From an uncultured virus (IMG/VR IMGVR_UViG_3300032167_004205) (Duplodnaviria; Heunggongvirae; Uroviricota; Caudoviricetes), in the IMG/VR virus record IMGVR_UViG_3300032167_004205: 64,000 nt of DNA; one strand, 5' to 3'. Below, piece after piece: positions 44,926 through 54,851 of the stretch; position 1 is the first letter of the stretch, and every line of letters begins with the position of its first letter. Made by a program: the position numbers and the translations under genes. The notes below the pieces were generated by a model. That model made no database searches. It saw nothing but the letters and a program-made list of their open reading frames with translations, and was not told the origin of the DNA.

Positions 44926-45448
44926 TAAGACGATCGGCGCGCTGCCCAAGCTGGCGGACATTTCGGATGATGCGCTTTTGGTGGTGGAGTTCCAGGGCAC
45001 AGCCTATCACATCACCGGCGCGCAGTGGAAGGCCTATGCCGTGGCGGCGGCCCAGGGTGTCAACAAGGGCGATCCGGGCAAGGACGGCGTTTCTCCCACC
45101 GTTTCGGTTGCGGATATCACCGGTGGCCATCGTGTGAGCTTTACCGACGCCAAGGGCACCACGACCGTCGATGTTATGGACGGTGAGAACGGCTCTCCCG
45201 GCACCTCCCCTACCCTTTTTGTTACGAACATTGAAAACGGCCACCGCATCACTATCACTGATGCCACCGGAACCAAGAGCTTTGACGTGCTTAACGGTGC
45301 GGATGGCGATGGTTCGGGTGATATGCTCAAGACCGATTACGATGCTGACGGTGCGGTGAAGATCGCCGGGGGCATCGCGGCTTATGTAAACGGTATCGTT
45401 GGCACTATCAACACCGCGCTAGATGAAATCAACGGGGAGGTGGTCTGA
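44918..45448 (+). CDS. Tail fibre-associated protein with short collagen-like repeats
   Basis: KGDPGKDGVSPT and DGENGSPGTSPT duplicated unit. Confidence 0.75.
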   Translation: MADKTIGALPKLADISDDALLVVEFQGTAYHITGAQWKAYAVAAAQGVNKGDPGKDGVSPTVSVADITGGHRVSFTDAKGTTTVDVMDGENGSPGTSPTLFVTNIENGHRITITDATGTKSFDVLNGADGDGSGDMLKTDYDADGAVKIAGGIAAYVNGIVGTINTALDEINGEVV

Positions 45449-46467
45449 TGGGTACCTCGGCTGACAAGCTGACGCTTTTGAAGGTCACCAAAGCCGACCT
45501 GAAAGCGGCGCTGACCGAAAAAGGCCAGACCCCCGGCGATGTGTTTGGCACCTATCCTGATTTGGTGCGGGCCATTGAGACTGGGACGCAGCTGCCCGAG
45601 TTGACTTCTCCCGGCGGTGCCGCCGATCTGCGGCAGGGAAAGCAGCTGATCGACCAGGAGGGCGCTGTGGTGGAGGGAACGTTGGTGGAACTGGACACCT
45701 CTGACGCCACCGCCACCGCTGCCGATATGGCAAGCGGAAAGACGGCTTATGTCAACGGCAAGAAGGTGACAGGTGGACTTCCGGTACATGATGAAAATGG
45801 CGGCGCTTGGAGTAATTTTGAATTGGATTTTCTGTGGCAAAGTACGGGAGTCGATTATCTTGAAGTCATATCTACCGCAACAAGTGAAGGCATTCTACAT
45901 TCTGGCGGAGATGTTGCCGTGAAGGTCCCTCATTCCGAATTTGGCGATGCCACCGCCGCTGACGTGGCAGCTGGCAAGACCTTTACTTCTGCGGCTGGTT
46001 TGAAAGTGACCGGCATGGCAAGCGCTGGGGGCGGTGATGTAGTGCCGTTGCAAGTGGGCGAAATTGCCTGCAGCAGTTTTGAAAACGGCCAGGTTCTTAG
46101 CAACAACAACTACACCCTTGTGTGGACATTATCAAATGTAACAATCAATGGTCAATCACTTTCTGCATATCAAAGCGGCAAGGTGGCAGGCGTATCTCAT
46201 ATCGGCTTTGGTAATATTTACAAAGTGACAAACGAGGATTATTCAGTAGCTGCTTGTTCCGTTGGCTTTGCCAGAAATGGTGTAGGCATAGGTTATGTAC
46301 TCACAAAAAAAAATCGAGAGTACAGAACAGGAAATTGTACTGCCGTAATAGATAAGGCAAACAGCAAGATTACGATAACTGTAAATCTTGTGACCACAAA
46401 TTCCATAGCATTTGACCCGACCTATTACTATAAACTTATGACTCTAGGGTTATATGTAGATCCTTAA
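45448..46467 (+). CDS. Tail fibre protein
   Basis: DATA.AAD...GKT repeats; divergent AT-richer C-terminal domain. Confidence 0.75.
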   Translation: MGTSADKLTLLKVTKADLKAALTEKGQTPGDVFGTYPDLVRAIETGTQLPELTSPGGAADLRQGKQLIDQEGAVVEGTLVELDTSDATATAADMASGKTAYVNGKKVTGGLPVHDENGGAWSNFELDFLWQSTGVDYLEVISTATSEGILHSGGDVAVKVPHSEFGDATAADVAAGKTFTSAAGLKVTGMASAGGGDVVPLQVGEIACSSFENGQVLSNNNYTLVWTLSNVTINGQSLSAYQSGKVAGVSHIGFGNIYKVTNEDYSVAACSVGFARNGVGIGYVLTKKNREYRTGNCTAVIDKANSKITITVNLVTTNSIAFDPTYYYKLMTLGLYVDP

Positions 46468-46522
46468 TAGGCAGTCACCCCGCCCGAAGTGGAAAACAAA
46501 AGAATAAGAGAGGTGTAAACCC

Positions 46523-47455
46523 ATGAGTGGAGAAAAAGTATTAACTCTGAGAGGGAAAAAGACCGTATGGGCACCGGGCGGCGGCACCGGCCCTATCGAC
46601 CCCAAGCGCCTGCCCGAGGGCGTTCCCTATGCCCAGGAAGTCTATGACGAGTGGGGCGAAGTGACGGTTGAGGCCGTCGGAGGGAAGGAAAGTGAAACCT
46701 TTCAACCTGTGCCGTTTTATGACAAAAACGGGAATGTGAGGTTTTTTGAACATGGCAAGCGATACCGGTGTGTATTCGACGGCGTGGAATATATTCTGAC
46801 CGGAGTAAAGCAGAATATGTTGACCGCCTATGTAAGACATGGGGATTTTTCGTATTATACCGGCGGAGAACAAAATACGGCCCTCGACTCAAAGAGCAGA
46901 GTAATTTTGTATAATACCACCGCTGGCAAGCACACCTTCTCCGTCGCCGAGATCGTGGAGAATGTACAGAAGATCGATCCCAAGTGTATCCCCGAGGGGT
47001 ATCCGCATAAGGAGAGTGTGACCATTGAGTGGGATGGTAACAGCGAGGGGCGAGAGCACTATTCGGCAATTGGTTTGGATTTTTACTGGATTTCGGGAGA
47101 AATCCTCACTGACGGAGAAATTAAAAGCGGAACTGCTATTTCTAGTGATGGCGGCACTTCGGAAATGGCTTCGTATTGGGATCAGTTTGTGTCGAACGGG
47201 TATGTAACCGAAGGTGCAACCTTGACAACATCGATGGCTGTTATCCGGAAAGCTTATGCAGTCGTTGCTGGCGTAGAGTTCAAGACTCCCGGCATTTACT
47301 TTGTGAGCAGTGGTGACACATTTATCACAAGTTTTGCCAATGAAATCACCAACCCGATGGCCGAGGAGTTTCTGCCTGAGCTGACTTCTCCCAACGGCAC
47401 CAAATACAAGCTGACCGTTGCGGATGACGGCACTCTGTCCGCTGTGACTGTCTAA
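46523..47455 (+). CDS. Modular fibre/receptor-binding-like protein, copy A
   Basis: N-cap, PEG.PY junctions and LTSPNGTKYKL.V..DGTLSAV C-cap shared with 47837-48745. Confidence 0.7.
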   Translation: MSGEKVLTLRGKKTVWAPGGGTGPIDPKRLPEGVPYAQEVYDEWGEVTVEAVGGKESETFQPVPFYDKNGNVRFFEHGKRYRCVFDGVEYILTGVKQNMLTAYVRHGDFSYYTGGEQNTALDSKSRVILYNTTAGKHTFSVAEIVENVQKIDPKCIPEGYPHKESVTIEWDGNSEGREHYSAIGLDFYWISGEILTDGEIKSGTAISSDGGTSEMASYWDQFVSNGYVTEGATLTTSMAVIRKAYAVVAGVEFKTPGIYFVSSGDTFITSFANEITNPMAEEFLPELTSPNGTKYKLTVADDGTLSAVTV

Positions 47456-47503
47456 CTCCACTGTATACAAACCGCATGAGAAAATGACAGAGGAGGTGCC
47501 TAG

Positions 47504-47818
47504 ATGGAGACCACGATCGAGCACCGCTTGACAGAAGTTGAGCAGAGAAGCAAATCCAATATGCACCGGCTGGAAAAACTGGAACAGGAACAGGCAGCCA
47601 TTCACTCGATGGCGTCCAGTCTGCAGGTGATGGCCGCCGAACAGAAGCACCAGACTGAGGCCATCCAAAGCGTCAAGACCGATGTGGGCCGGCTTGAGAG
47701 CAAGGTTGATGTTCTGGAGAGCAAGCCCGGCAAACGCTGGGAGGGCGTGGTGGACAAGCTCCTGTGGGGCGTGGCCGGCGCGGTGCTGGCGTTTCTTTTG
47801 GCAAAGATCGGACTTTAA
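47504..47818 (+). CDS. XhlA/holin-like coiled-coil membrane protein
   Basis: EHRLTEVE.RSKSN.HRL..LE coiled coil with a C-terminal TM segment. Confidence 0.75.
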   Translation: METTIEHRLTEVEQRSKSNMHRLEKLEQEQAAIHSMASSLQVMAAEQKHQTEAIQSVKTDVGRLESKVDVLESKPGKRWEGVVDKLLWGVAGAVLAFLLAKIGL

Positions 47819-47836
47819 TGAGAGAGGTGTAAACCC

Positions 47837-48745
47837 ATGAGTGGAGAAAAAGTATTGACCCTGCGGGGAAAGAAGACCGTATGGGCACCGGGCGGCGGCA
47901 CCGGCCCTATCGACCCCAAGCGCCTGCCCGAGGGGTATCCGTATAAGGAAAGCAGCGAGGTGGTGATCTGCGAGGAGTTCACTTCGGAAAGTAGTGGCAC
48001 TTTTGCTAATAGTCCCGACGGCAGCTATGGTGTAAATGCAGGAGATGTCTTACACACTCCGACCGAAAATGCTAAGTATACAATTACGCTTAACGGCGTT
48101 TCTTATGATGCCGTGTGTAAAAAGTACAACGGTCAGGAAAATAACTTCATCATTTCGGCAGATGGATGTGTGGTTACATATTGGGTGCGGGCATATAACA
48201 ATGTCGATTGGACTGCTTCTGTATACGCCGACAATGGTGTTCTTGGTTTTACTATGAAACTGACTTCTATCGCTGAAACCATCCACACGATGGACCCGGA
48301 GTTTCTGCCGGAAGGTTATCCGTATAAGGAAGAAACCTATATGGATAACTACGAAGGTCAGGTCACGGTAACAATCGGCGCTGATGGAACTAATACCGAA
48401 GATATGATTTGCGCTGTCGATGACGGCGCAAAGTATAAGGTTACTTGGGATGGCAAGGACTATTTTGCAACTGCTAAAGCAGATGAACAAGATGCAGACA
48501 AAATCTACGCTTTTAGAACTGCAGATGGTTTTCCGTTTGATATGTACTGCACTTTTGTATCGGGTGGTATGCCGAAACTGATTATCGAAAACGCAGTTCC
48601 CGGAGACCATACTTTCCAAATTTTCTTTGTTACAGAAACCGTTCATCCGATGGACGAAGAGTATATTCAGCTGACTTCTCCCAACGGCACCAAGTACAAG
48701 CTTTCTGTTGCCAATGACGGCACCCTGTCTGCTGTTAAGGCCTAA
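47837..48745 (+). CDS. Modular fibre/receptor-binding-like protein, copy B
   Basis: Same caps and junctions as copy A, with different modules. Confidence 0.7.
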   Translation: MSGEKVLTLRGKKTVWAPGGGTGPIDPKRLPEGYPYKESSEVVICEEFTSESSGTFANSPDGSYGVNAGDVLHTPTENAKYTITLNGVSYDAVCKKYNGQENNFIISADGCVVTYWVRAYNNVDWTASVYADNGVLGFTMKLTSIAETIHTMDPEFLPEGYPYKEETYMDNYEGQVTVTIGADGTNTEDMICAVDDGAKYKVTWDGKDYFATAKADEQDADKIYAFRTADGFPFDMYCTFVSGGMPKLIIENAVPGDHTFQIFFVTETVHPMDEEYIQLTSPNGTKYKLSVANDGTLSAVKA

Positions 48746-48760
48746 CCCCGTGCACGTTAT

Positions 48761-48790
48761 CCCGGCCCTGAAATATGGGCCGGGTTCTTT
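48761..48790 (+). terminator. Hairpin/terminator before the lysis genes
   Basis: CCCGGCCC-TGAAATAT-GGGCCGGG-TTCTTT. Confidence 0.6.
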
Positions 48791-48847
48791 CCAGGAGGCA
48801 TGCCATGAGCAAGCATTCGCAGGGAGTACAGCAAGATTTCGGTCACC

Positions 48848-49153
48848 ATGATCGTTGCGACTTTCTGCCTGTTAGCCGTGAGGTTTGTCATTTTCGTATG
48901 TTACGAGATGTACAGACTGAAAGACCTCTCCCCTGTCGCCTATATCGGGCCGAGCATTGTCGGTCCGCTGGCGACCGTTCTGGGTTTTTATATGTGGCGA
49001 GCAAATGCCAAGGACAAGTCCGACCTGGAGTGGGAGAAGACCAAGAAGCTCACACAACTGAAAACGAAACACCCCGCTTCGTTCAGCCAGGGCTATGTAG
49101 CTCTGAGCGATACGGACGTTTACACTGACACCGAAAACGGAGGTAATGGATGA
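48848..49153 (+). CDS. Two-TM holin-like protein (start uncertain)
   Basis: Two hydrophobic segments and GFY.W.A motif; lies in the lysis cassette. Confidence 0.6.
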   Translation: MIVATFCLLAVRFVIFVCYEMYRLKDLSPVAYIGPSIVGPLATVLGFYMWRANAKDKSDLEWEKTKKLTQLKTKHPASFSQGYVALSDTDVYTDTENGGNG

Positions 49154-49500
49154 TGTTATCTTTGAACGATATTCTCTATGTGATACTGATGGTTTTTTTA
49201 TCGTTGGTGGTGCGTGGAGCATGTCAATATTTCTCTGTTAAGTATGCTGACAGCAAGTACGCAGCTGCCATCAACGACATCTGCAGCGCTGTTAATTATG
49301 TGAATCAAACTTTTGTAGACAACCTAAAACAATCCGGTTGTTTTGATGCCGAGGCACAGAAAATAGCGTTGAAAAAGTCCAAGGATGCGGCTCTAAATAC
49401 CATGAGTGCATCTACTTATCGTTGGTTGGAAAAAACAGTTTCTGATGTGGATAATTGGTTAGAAGTAAAAATCGAAAGCTCCATAAAGGCGGTGAAGTAG
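49150..49500 (+). CDS. Holin-like protein
   Basis: N-terminal TM segment; V..VNQTFVD.LK..G.FD...QK.A motif; precedes the endolysin. Confidence 0.75.
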   Translation: MMLSLNDILYVILMVFLSLVVRGACQYFSVKYADSKYAAAINDICSAVNYVNQTFVDNLKQSGCFDAEAQKIALKKSKDAALNTMSASTYRWLEKTVSDVDNWLEVKIESSIKAVK

Positions 49501-50424
49501 ATGGTGAAAGTTTGCCTGGATGCGGGGCATTACGGCAACTATAATCGCTCTCCGGTCAACTCTTCGTACTACGAATCCGTGCGCATGTGGAAGCTCCACG
49601 AACTGCTTGCGGAGGCTTTGCAAGCTCGTGGAATCGCCGTAATAAAGACCCGTTCCAACCAAAAAAAGGATCTCGCACTCACCTCTCGCGGAAAAAAAGC
49701 GAAGGGCTGCGACCTCTTTATCAGCCTCCATTCGAACGCTTCAAACTCTGAATCCGTTGATTATCCAGTCGCAATTGTGTTCCAAAAAAATGATAAAACA
49801 ACGATCGATGAGCGCTCTGAAGACATTGGATTGAGACTTGCAAAAGTTGTTCAGAAGATCATCGGAACAACTCAACCCGCCCGTACAACGACGCGAAAAT
49901 CCAGTTCAGATCGCAACAAAAACGGGTTGCTTGATGATGAATACTACGCGGTTTTGCACGGTGCAAGGACCGTAAATGTTCCTGGAATTATTCTCGAACA
50001 CAGTTTTCATACAAACAAAAAAGCAACGGAATGGTTGCTTGATGATACCAATTTATGTAAATTAGCGGAGGCTGAAGCGGACTGCATCGCTGATTTTTTA
50101 CAACCAAAAAATGTTAATTCGTCCGCACCAAAACCATCTGAAACGACCGTTTCAACTCCCAAAACGAAAGTCGATTCAGCCAAATCAAAAGATAAAAAAC
50201 TTGCTCGAACCTACACGGTAAACGCCTCATCAGGTCTAAATTTGCGTGCCGGAGCAGGCGTGAACAGAACTATTTTAGCGACGTTGCCGGACAAAACAAA
50301 GGTGACTTGCTATGGTTATTTCACTATGAATGGAAACACAAAATGGTTGTATGTAAGAGTGACGGACAGCTCTTCGAAACATAAAAACAAGGTTGGATTC
50401 GTGAGTAAATCATACTTAAAGTAG
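49501..50424 (+). CDS. Endolysin: Amidase_3 with C-terminal SH3b-like domain
   Basis: LDAGH, E, FISLHSNA, ILEHSF; LNLRAGAG...W.YV...GFVS..YL. Confidence 0.92.
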   Translation: MVKVCLDAGHYGNYNRSPVNSSYYESVRMWKLHELLAEALQARGIAVIKTRSNQKKDLALTSRGKKAKGCDLFISLHSNASNSESVDYPVAIVFQKNDKTTIDERSEDIGLRLAKVVQKIIGTTQPARTTTRKSSSDRNKNGLLDDEYYAVLHGARTVNVPGIILEHSFHTNKKATEWLLDDTNLCKLAEAEADCIADFLQPKNVNSSAPKPSETTVSTPKTKVDSAKSKDKKLARTYTVNASSGLNLRAGAGVNRTILATLPDKTKVTCYGYFTMNGNTKWLYVRVTDSSSKHKNKVGFVSKSYLK

Positions 50425-50425
50425 C

Positions 50426-50457
50426 AAAAAAAGGAGCTGTTAAAGGCTCCTTTTTTC
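50426..50457. terminator. Bidirectional terminator
   Basis: AAAAAAGGAGC...GCTCCTTTTTT. Confidence 0.75.
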
Positions 50458-50850
50458 TGTCGTTGTCAACTTATAAACTACATGTGAGATGGCCAACATA
50501 TCTTCTTGATTCAATCTTGTTATGGCTGCGTAAAGACGTCTTGCGTTTGGATTTTCGTGCAATTCTGTAGCGATTTCAATGATCTCTCGGTTCATATTTG
50601 GCGTTTCAATTTTGTTGTGAAAGTCTACTGTGAGGTCGTATTCAGTGACCCCTAAAGCCTTTGCTAAGAGAGAAAGTTTCTCTGGCCGCGGGAATGCGCG
50701 AGCTTTCATCCAATCGTTTACAGATCCTCGACTGACTCCACACAGGTCTGCGATTTGCGATTGATTTAGGTAACTATTGGCAACAGCACAACGCAGATTC
50801 CGAGAAAATGTTTTCCTTTTTATGGAAATCCCCTCTTCACTTCCAGACAT
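50440..50850 (-). CDS. XRE-family HTH repressor-like protein
   Basis: NQSQIADLCGVSRGSVNDW......PR...L..LAKALGV. Confidence 0.85.
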   Translation of the reverse strand: MSGSEEGISIKRKTFSRNLRCAVANSYLNQSQIADLCGVSRGSVNDWMKARAFPRPEKLSLLAKALGVTEYDLTVDFHNKIETPNMNREIIEIATELHENPNARRLYAAITRLNQEDMLAISHVVYKLTTTEKRSL

Positions 50851-51078
50851 GTTTACGTCTGCCCCCTCTTCCTTCTTAACTAATTATTTTGTGAAAATTT
50901 TATCATTTTCCGTGCGTCAAAGTCAACATTCTGTTCCGCTATATCATACGAACCAGGCGAATCCTGCTTGTCTGATCACAGTCCACAACGTCATCGAAAA
51001 GATAGAATAGTCCTCTCAGCATGATTTGATATAGCGGAAATGTAAGGCGTTGTCTGTAAGTTTTAAAAATAGTTTCGT

Positions 51079-51107
51079 TTGACATTTTATGTAAAATATG
51101 GTATAAT
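51079..51107 (+). promoter_or_regulatory. Consensus SigA promoter of the mob operon
   Basis: TTGACA-17-TATAAT with extended TG. Confidence 0.8.
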
Positions 51108-51122
51108 ATGATATTAAATTAA

Positions 51123-51275
51123 AGTATCTGGGGTGGATACCCCAGACTTCGAGGCGAAGCCGGTTGCGCAGCAACTCGATACGGTCCCGCCAGTAGGCGG
51201 TGGCCAGAATCGAGGGGGGTCATAGGGGGTATCCCCCTGAAAGCCGACAAGGAAGGTGGTTTGTCCACCTACCGT
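51123..51275. other. Candidate oriT (cluster of short inverted repeats)
   Basis: Six short hairpins including CCGCC-AGTA-GGCGG, followed by TGGCCAGAAT and AGGGGG-TAT-CCCCCT, upstream of mobC and the relaxase. Confidence 0.5.
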
Positions 51276-51342
51276 AGTAAGGCGATGCTCGCTAATGTAC
51301 ATAATGTACGAAATCTGATTTGACGCAGGAAAGGAGTAAGTT

Positions 51343-52140
51343 ATGCGTATCAAAGCGTTCCGAACTGAGATAAATGACATTGAAATCTACGCCATCCTCT
51401 CCCCTGAAACGAAGGAAGTCTTTATCGGAAAAACAAAATATCCGAACCATTATCAGGCATACAAAGACCATGCAAGACTAAAAAATTTACCTACAAAAAA
51501 TTTATTTACGAACGCAGCTCAAACCCAAATATTTCCTCGAATGTACTTGCTTGAACGTCTGGAAGCAACTGAAAACGTTGCATACGCACACATAGTTGCG
51601 TGGACGAAATACTTTTTAGGCAAAGGGTTTAATGTCCTGGCACACCAAAAAAATCTGGATTATGCAGAAGACCTATTGGATGAAAACAAATTGTTTTTCC
51701 TTAGCATCAAAGATAAACCATTGGAAGAAATAACCTCTGAAGATAAAGTTTTAGTTTCAAATTATAAGCAAAACAAAAAGACAAATGAGAATAAAACGCC
51801 TAGCATGATTTGCTTTTATGTAGCAACAGAAGAATACGAAGAAATCTGTAAAAAAGCAGAGCAAGTTGGCAAGAGTATGTCAATGTATTGTAAACAAACT
51901 GTACTGAATGGAGCTATTGTGCGTATATCTTTTTCTGAATTTGTGGACGAGTTAAGGGCTATCAAAAGAGTGCTGCGAGAGATCCAACTCGGTATTTACC
52001 AGAGCGGAAAATACTTTCCCGCAGACCTTGAGAACATGGAAAAAATGATTGAACGCATCAATCAAAATCATAAACATGTCATTCGTTACATCGATAGACA
52101 GGTCAAAAAACTGAACAAGATGCGAGGTGATAGAAAATGA
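51343..52140 (+). CDS. MobC-like relaxosome protein with N-terminal GIY-YIG-like domain
   Basis: C-terminal ICFYV..EEY..I..KA...G.SMS.Y RHH-like motif; N-terminal EIYAI......VFIGKT. Confidence 0.6.
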   Translation: MRIKAFRTEINDIEIYAILSPETKEVFIGKTKYPNHYQAYKDHARLKNLPTKNLFTNAAQTQIFPRMYLLERLEATENVAYAHIVAWTKYFLGKGFNVLAHQKNLDYAEDLLDENKLFFLSIKDKPLEEITSEDKVLVSNYKQNKKTNENKTPSMICFYVATEEYEEICKKAEQVGKSMSMYCKQTVLNGAIVRISFSEFVDELRAIKRVLREIQLGIYQSGKYFPADLENMEKMIERINQNHKHVIRYIDRQVKKLNKMRGDRK

Positions 52141-54308
52141 TTGTAAAAATATGGCCCATAAAAGGTGAGCGAGGCACCCGAAATTGTATGCTCTACATAG
52201 ACAATGATGAAAAAGTTCTTAAGGTTCAAAAGGATGACGAAGGCCATCTTCTCGATCGAGAGGTCATAAATACCAGAGAAGAGTTCGGTCTTGACGCTGA
52301 TTCATTTTTCATTGAGCAGGAAGAAAACATTGACCGTGTCTTTCAGTATATGGCCAATCAGGATAAGACCAAATCAAAATATGTGTCCGGTTATATGTGC
52401 GATCCTGATACCGTGTTGGATGATTTCCGAGGTGCGATTATCGAAAACGATTTTAATGGCGACGTCCGTCATCGAGATAAAGATAACGAGAGGATGGCCT
52501 ACCACCTGGTGCAATCTTTTCCCGAGGGTCTGAATATCTCTGATGAAGAAGTCCATCAGTGTGGCATTGAATTGCTGAAAAAAATCGATAAGCATCAGGG
52601 AGTTGTCTGCTCACACGTGCATCCTGTTATAGATGAAGAGGGTGAAGTGCGTGGCAAGTGCAAACATAATCACATCCTGCTCAATGCGTTTATCCATCCG
52701 AAAAAAATCGATCCGCAGCATCCGGAACGAGTGAAGTATCACGCTTGCAACGAGTCTTATGCGCAGCTGCAGATTTGGAATGACGAGATCGCAATTGACC
52801 ACGGATTGCCGATCATCCTGAATCCCGACTTGGATAAGGTGTATTCCTGGACGGAAAACTCCATGATTAAAGCCGGCCGATCGTGGAAAGAAAGAATGCG
52901 ATTGGACATTGAAGCTGCCCGACGTGCAACCGGAAACTGGGATGATTTTGTGGAATATATGAAGGGTGAAGGCTATCAGATCCGAGAGGGTGCGCATGTC
53001 ACTTACACCGCTCCAGACGGTGATAAAAAAGCCAGAGGCAAAACGCTTGGCGCTCCGTATACCCGTGAAGGATTGGAAATGCACTGGGCGCTTCGGGATC
53101 GTGAAGAGCGTGAGTTTGTCCGTACGCTGCAGGAAAACGAAGCCCCTCCCCTCTTCAAATTATCTCTCCAACATCCCGGGCCGCTCACTGTTGATGTACC
53201 TTTGGGTACTGCGCTCAGCAAGCAGCGGTCCTACTATCCCCTGCCACTGGAGAAAGCAAACAGACCTCGTTCGGTGCTCAATACCTACTTTAATGAGCGA
53301 GATCTTTATGATGTAAAGGACGCGAATGGCAAAGTGATCGGTGCTGCCACCGGAGCTGAGATCGTAGAATATTTTGAAAGTCTCCGTCGTGGTGATGATG
53401 AACGATACCGTCGGCTGATGGAAGATGCTGAACGCACCGAAGAAGAAAAGCAGGCACAGTGGGAAGATATTCTGCGCCAGGAACGAGAAGCTGCTGAGCA
53501 AAAACAGCGTGAACGAAATCAGTACAGAGAGCGCTATTATTACTCAAGATATAAGAACAGTCGGACTGGTCAACCATACTATACCAATCTTTACGACGAG
53601 AACGGCCGCAGACGGTCTACTTTGGAATTGATATTCATGATTGCGGCTGTCACCATTAAGAGCGAGGACGGCCTGTGGGAGGTCAAAAACCCACCTCCTG
53701 AATATCGGAACGAACCGAACTTCGGCCCGACAGACTGGAAGGTGCAGCATATGTTGGATGCGTTGCATGTTTCTCGGGAAGAAGGTCTGGAAGGCCCTTC
53801 CGATGTTGCAGACAAACTAAACGAAGTTGGTGCTGCATACAGCCGAGCCAGAGCCGCAGTCAACCGCAGTCAGAAATCCTTGGATAAAATGAAAGCACTC
53901 GCCTTCGCTCTGCAGGAGTATGAAGCCACACACACGATCGTGGAGAAGATCGACGCTCTGCCCAATGGCCCTGAAAAGGAACAGCTGCTTGAACAGTATG
54001 CTAAAGATATTGACCGATACAAACATGCCAAGGCTATCATGAACGGATACAAAGTAAGTACCCAGGCTGAGATCGATGACTTCTGGAAACGTTACGATGA
54101 CATCAACCGAAACTTGCCGGAGATGGAAGAACGTTATGAAACTCTGAAAGAAGAGTATCGAAAAATCAAGACGCTCAACTATCGTCTGACGCTGGCACAA
54201 ACAGAACTCTTCGTCTTCGGACCAGCTTATGTTCCTGAACGAGCTGCCAACCGTGGGGATCTCGGACGCAAGATGTCCAAAAAAGAGTTTGACGCTCTTG
54301 AACGGTAA
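52137..54308 (+). CDS. Relaxase (MOBP/VirD2-like)
   Basis: AYHLVQSFP, CSH.H...HNHILLN HUH motif; coiled-coil C-terminus. Confidence 0.88.
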   Translation: MIVKIWPIKGERGTRNCMLYIDNDEKVLKVQKDDEGHLLDREVINTREEFGLDADSFFIEQEENIDRVFQYMANQDKTKSKYVSGYMCDPDTVLDDFRGAIIENDFNGDVRHRDKDNERMAYHLVQSFPEGLNISDEEVHQCGIELLKKIDKHQGVVCSHVHPVIDEEGEVRGKCKHNHILLNAFIHPKKIDPQHPERVKYHACNESYAQLQIWNDEIAIDHGLPIILNPDLDKVYSWTENSMIKAGRSWKERMRLDIEAARRATGNWDDFVEYMKGEGYQIREGAHVTYTAPDGDKKARGKTLGAPYTREGLEMHWALRDREEREFVRTLQENEAPPLFKLSLQHPGPLTVDVPLGTALSKQRSYYPLPLEKANRPRSVLNTYFNERDLYDVKDANGKVIGAATGAEIVEYFESLRRGDDERYRRLMEDAERTEEEKQAQWEDILRQEREAAEQKQRERNQYRERYYYSRYKNSRTGQPYYTNLYDENGRRRSTLELIFMIAAVTIKSEDGLWEVKNPPPEYRNEPNFGPTDWKVQHMLDALHVSREEGLEGPSDVADKLNEVGAAYSRARAAVNRSQKSLDKMKALAFALQEYEATHTIVEKIDALPNGPEKEQLLEQYAKDIDRYKHAKAIMNGYKVSTQAEIDDFWKRYDDINRNLPEMEERYETLKEEYRKIKTLNYRLTLAQTELFVFGPAYVPERAANRGDLGRKMSKKEFDALER

Positions 54309-54337
54309 CGATGTGCTCAAGATAAACTATGAATAAG

Positions 54338-54372
54338 AAAAGGCTCCAGCCACAAGATGGCTGGGGCCTTTT
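54338..54372. terminator. Bidirectional terminator
   Basis: AAAAGGCTCCAGCCA-CAAGA-TGGCTGGGGCCTTTT. Confidence 0.8.
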
Positions 54373-54375
54373 ATA

Positions 54376-54452
54376 TTGATCCGAGAGGCACCTGAACGCA
54401 CAATCGTCAGCCGTCCAAATCTCTGCCCAGTCAGATCCATGATACTCTTCAT
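54376..54452 (-). pseudogene. Truncated DLTGQRFGRL repeat
   Basis: MKSIMDLTGQRFGRLTIVR is in frame after the TAA of the upstream repeat gene, then similarity stops. Confidence 0.7.
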
Positions 54453-54455
54453 CGA

Positions 54456-54851
54456 TTATTTTGCCGTGTTCTCTTTCCGCAAGCAGCCGCAGGATTTCCT
54501 TTTTCCATGTGTCAGCGAACTTCCAATTACATACGCAATATTGCCGCAGTCACACTGGCATTCCCATATGATGAAGCCACGTTTTCTCTCTTCTGTGGGC
54601 CGAACGGCAATAAGCCGGCCAAATCTCTGGCCGGTCAGATCCATGATATTTTTGGATGAGCGTTTCGCTGCATCCTCTTTCCGCAAGCAGCCACAAGATC
54701 TCGTATTGCCATATGTCAGCTTGCTTCCAACTACATAAGCGGTATTCCCACAGTCGCACTTGCACTCCCATACGACGAATCCTCGTTTTCGCTGCTCTGT
54801 GGGTCGGATCGCAACAAGCCGGCCGAATCGTTGTCCGCTCAGATCTTTCAT
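54456..54851 (-). CDS. Two-repeat CxCDCG/SCGC protein
   Basis: Two repeats; GGAG RBS before ATG 54851. Confidence 0.85.
   Translation of the reverse strand: MKDLSGQRFGRLVAIRPTEQRKRGFVVWECKCDCGNTAYVVGSKLTYGNTRSCGCLRKEDAAKRSSKNIMDLTGQRFGRLIAVRPTEERKRGFIIWECQCDCGNIAYVIGSSLTHGKRKSCGCLRKENTAK

Noticed and set aside
46506..47940. Diversity-generating retroelement TR/VR pair
   Set aside because: No reverse transcriptase in the window; differences in the shared N-cap are synonymous and both copies are coding.
46523..48745. Invertase shufflon
   Set aside because: The repeats are direct, not inverted; there are no silent reverse cassettes and no adjacent recombinase.
51343..54308. Self-transmissible conjugation system or ICE
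   Set aside because: No VirB4, coupling protein or T4SS genes are visible in the window.
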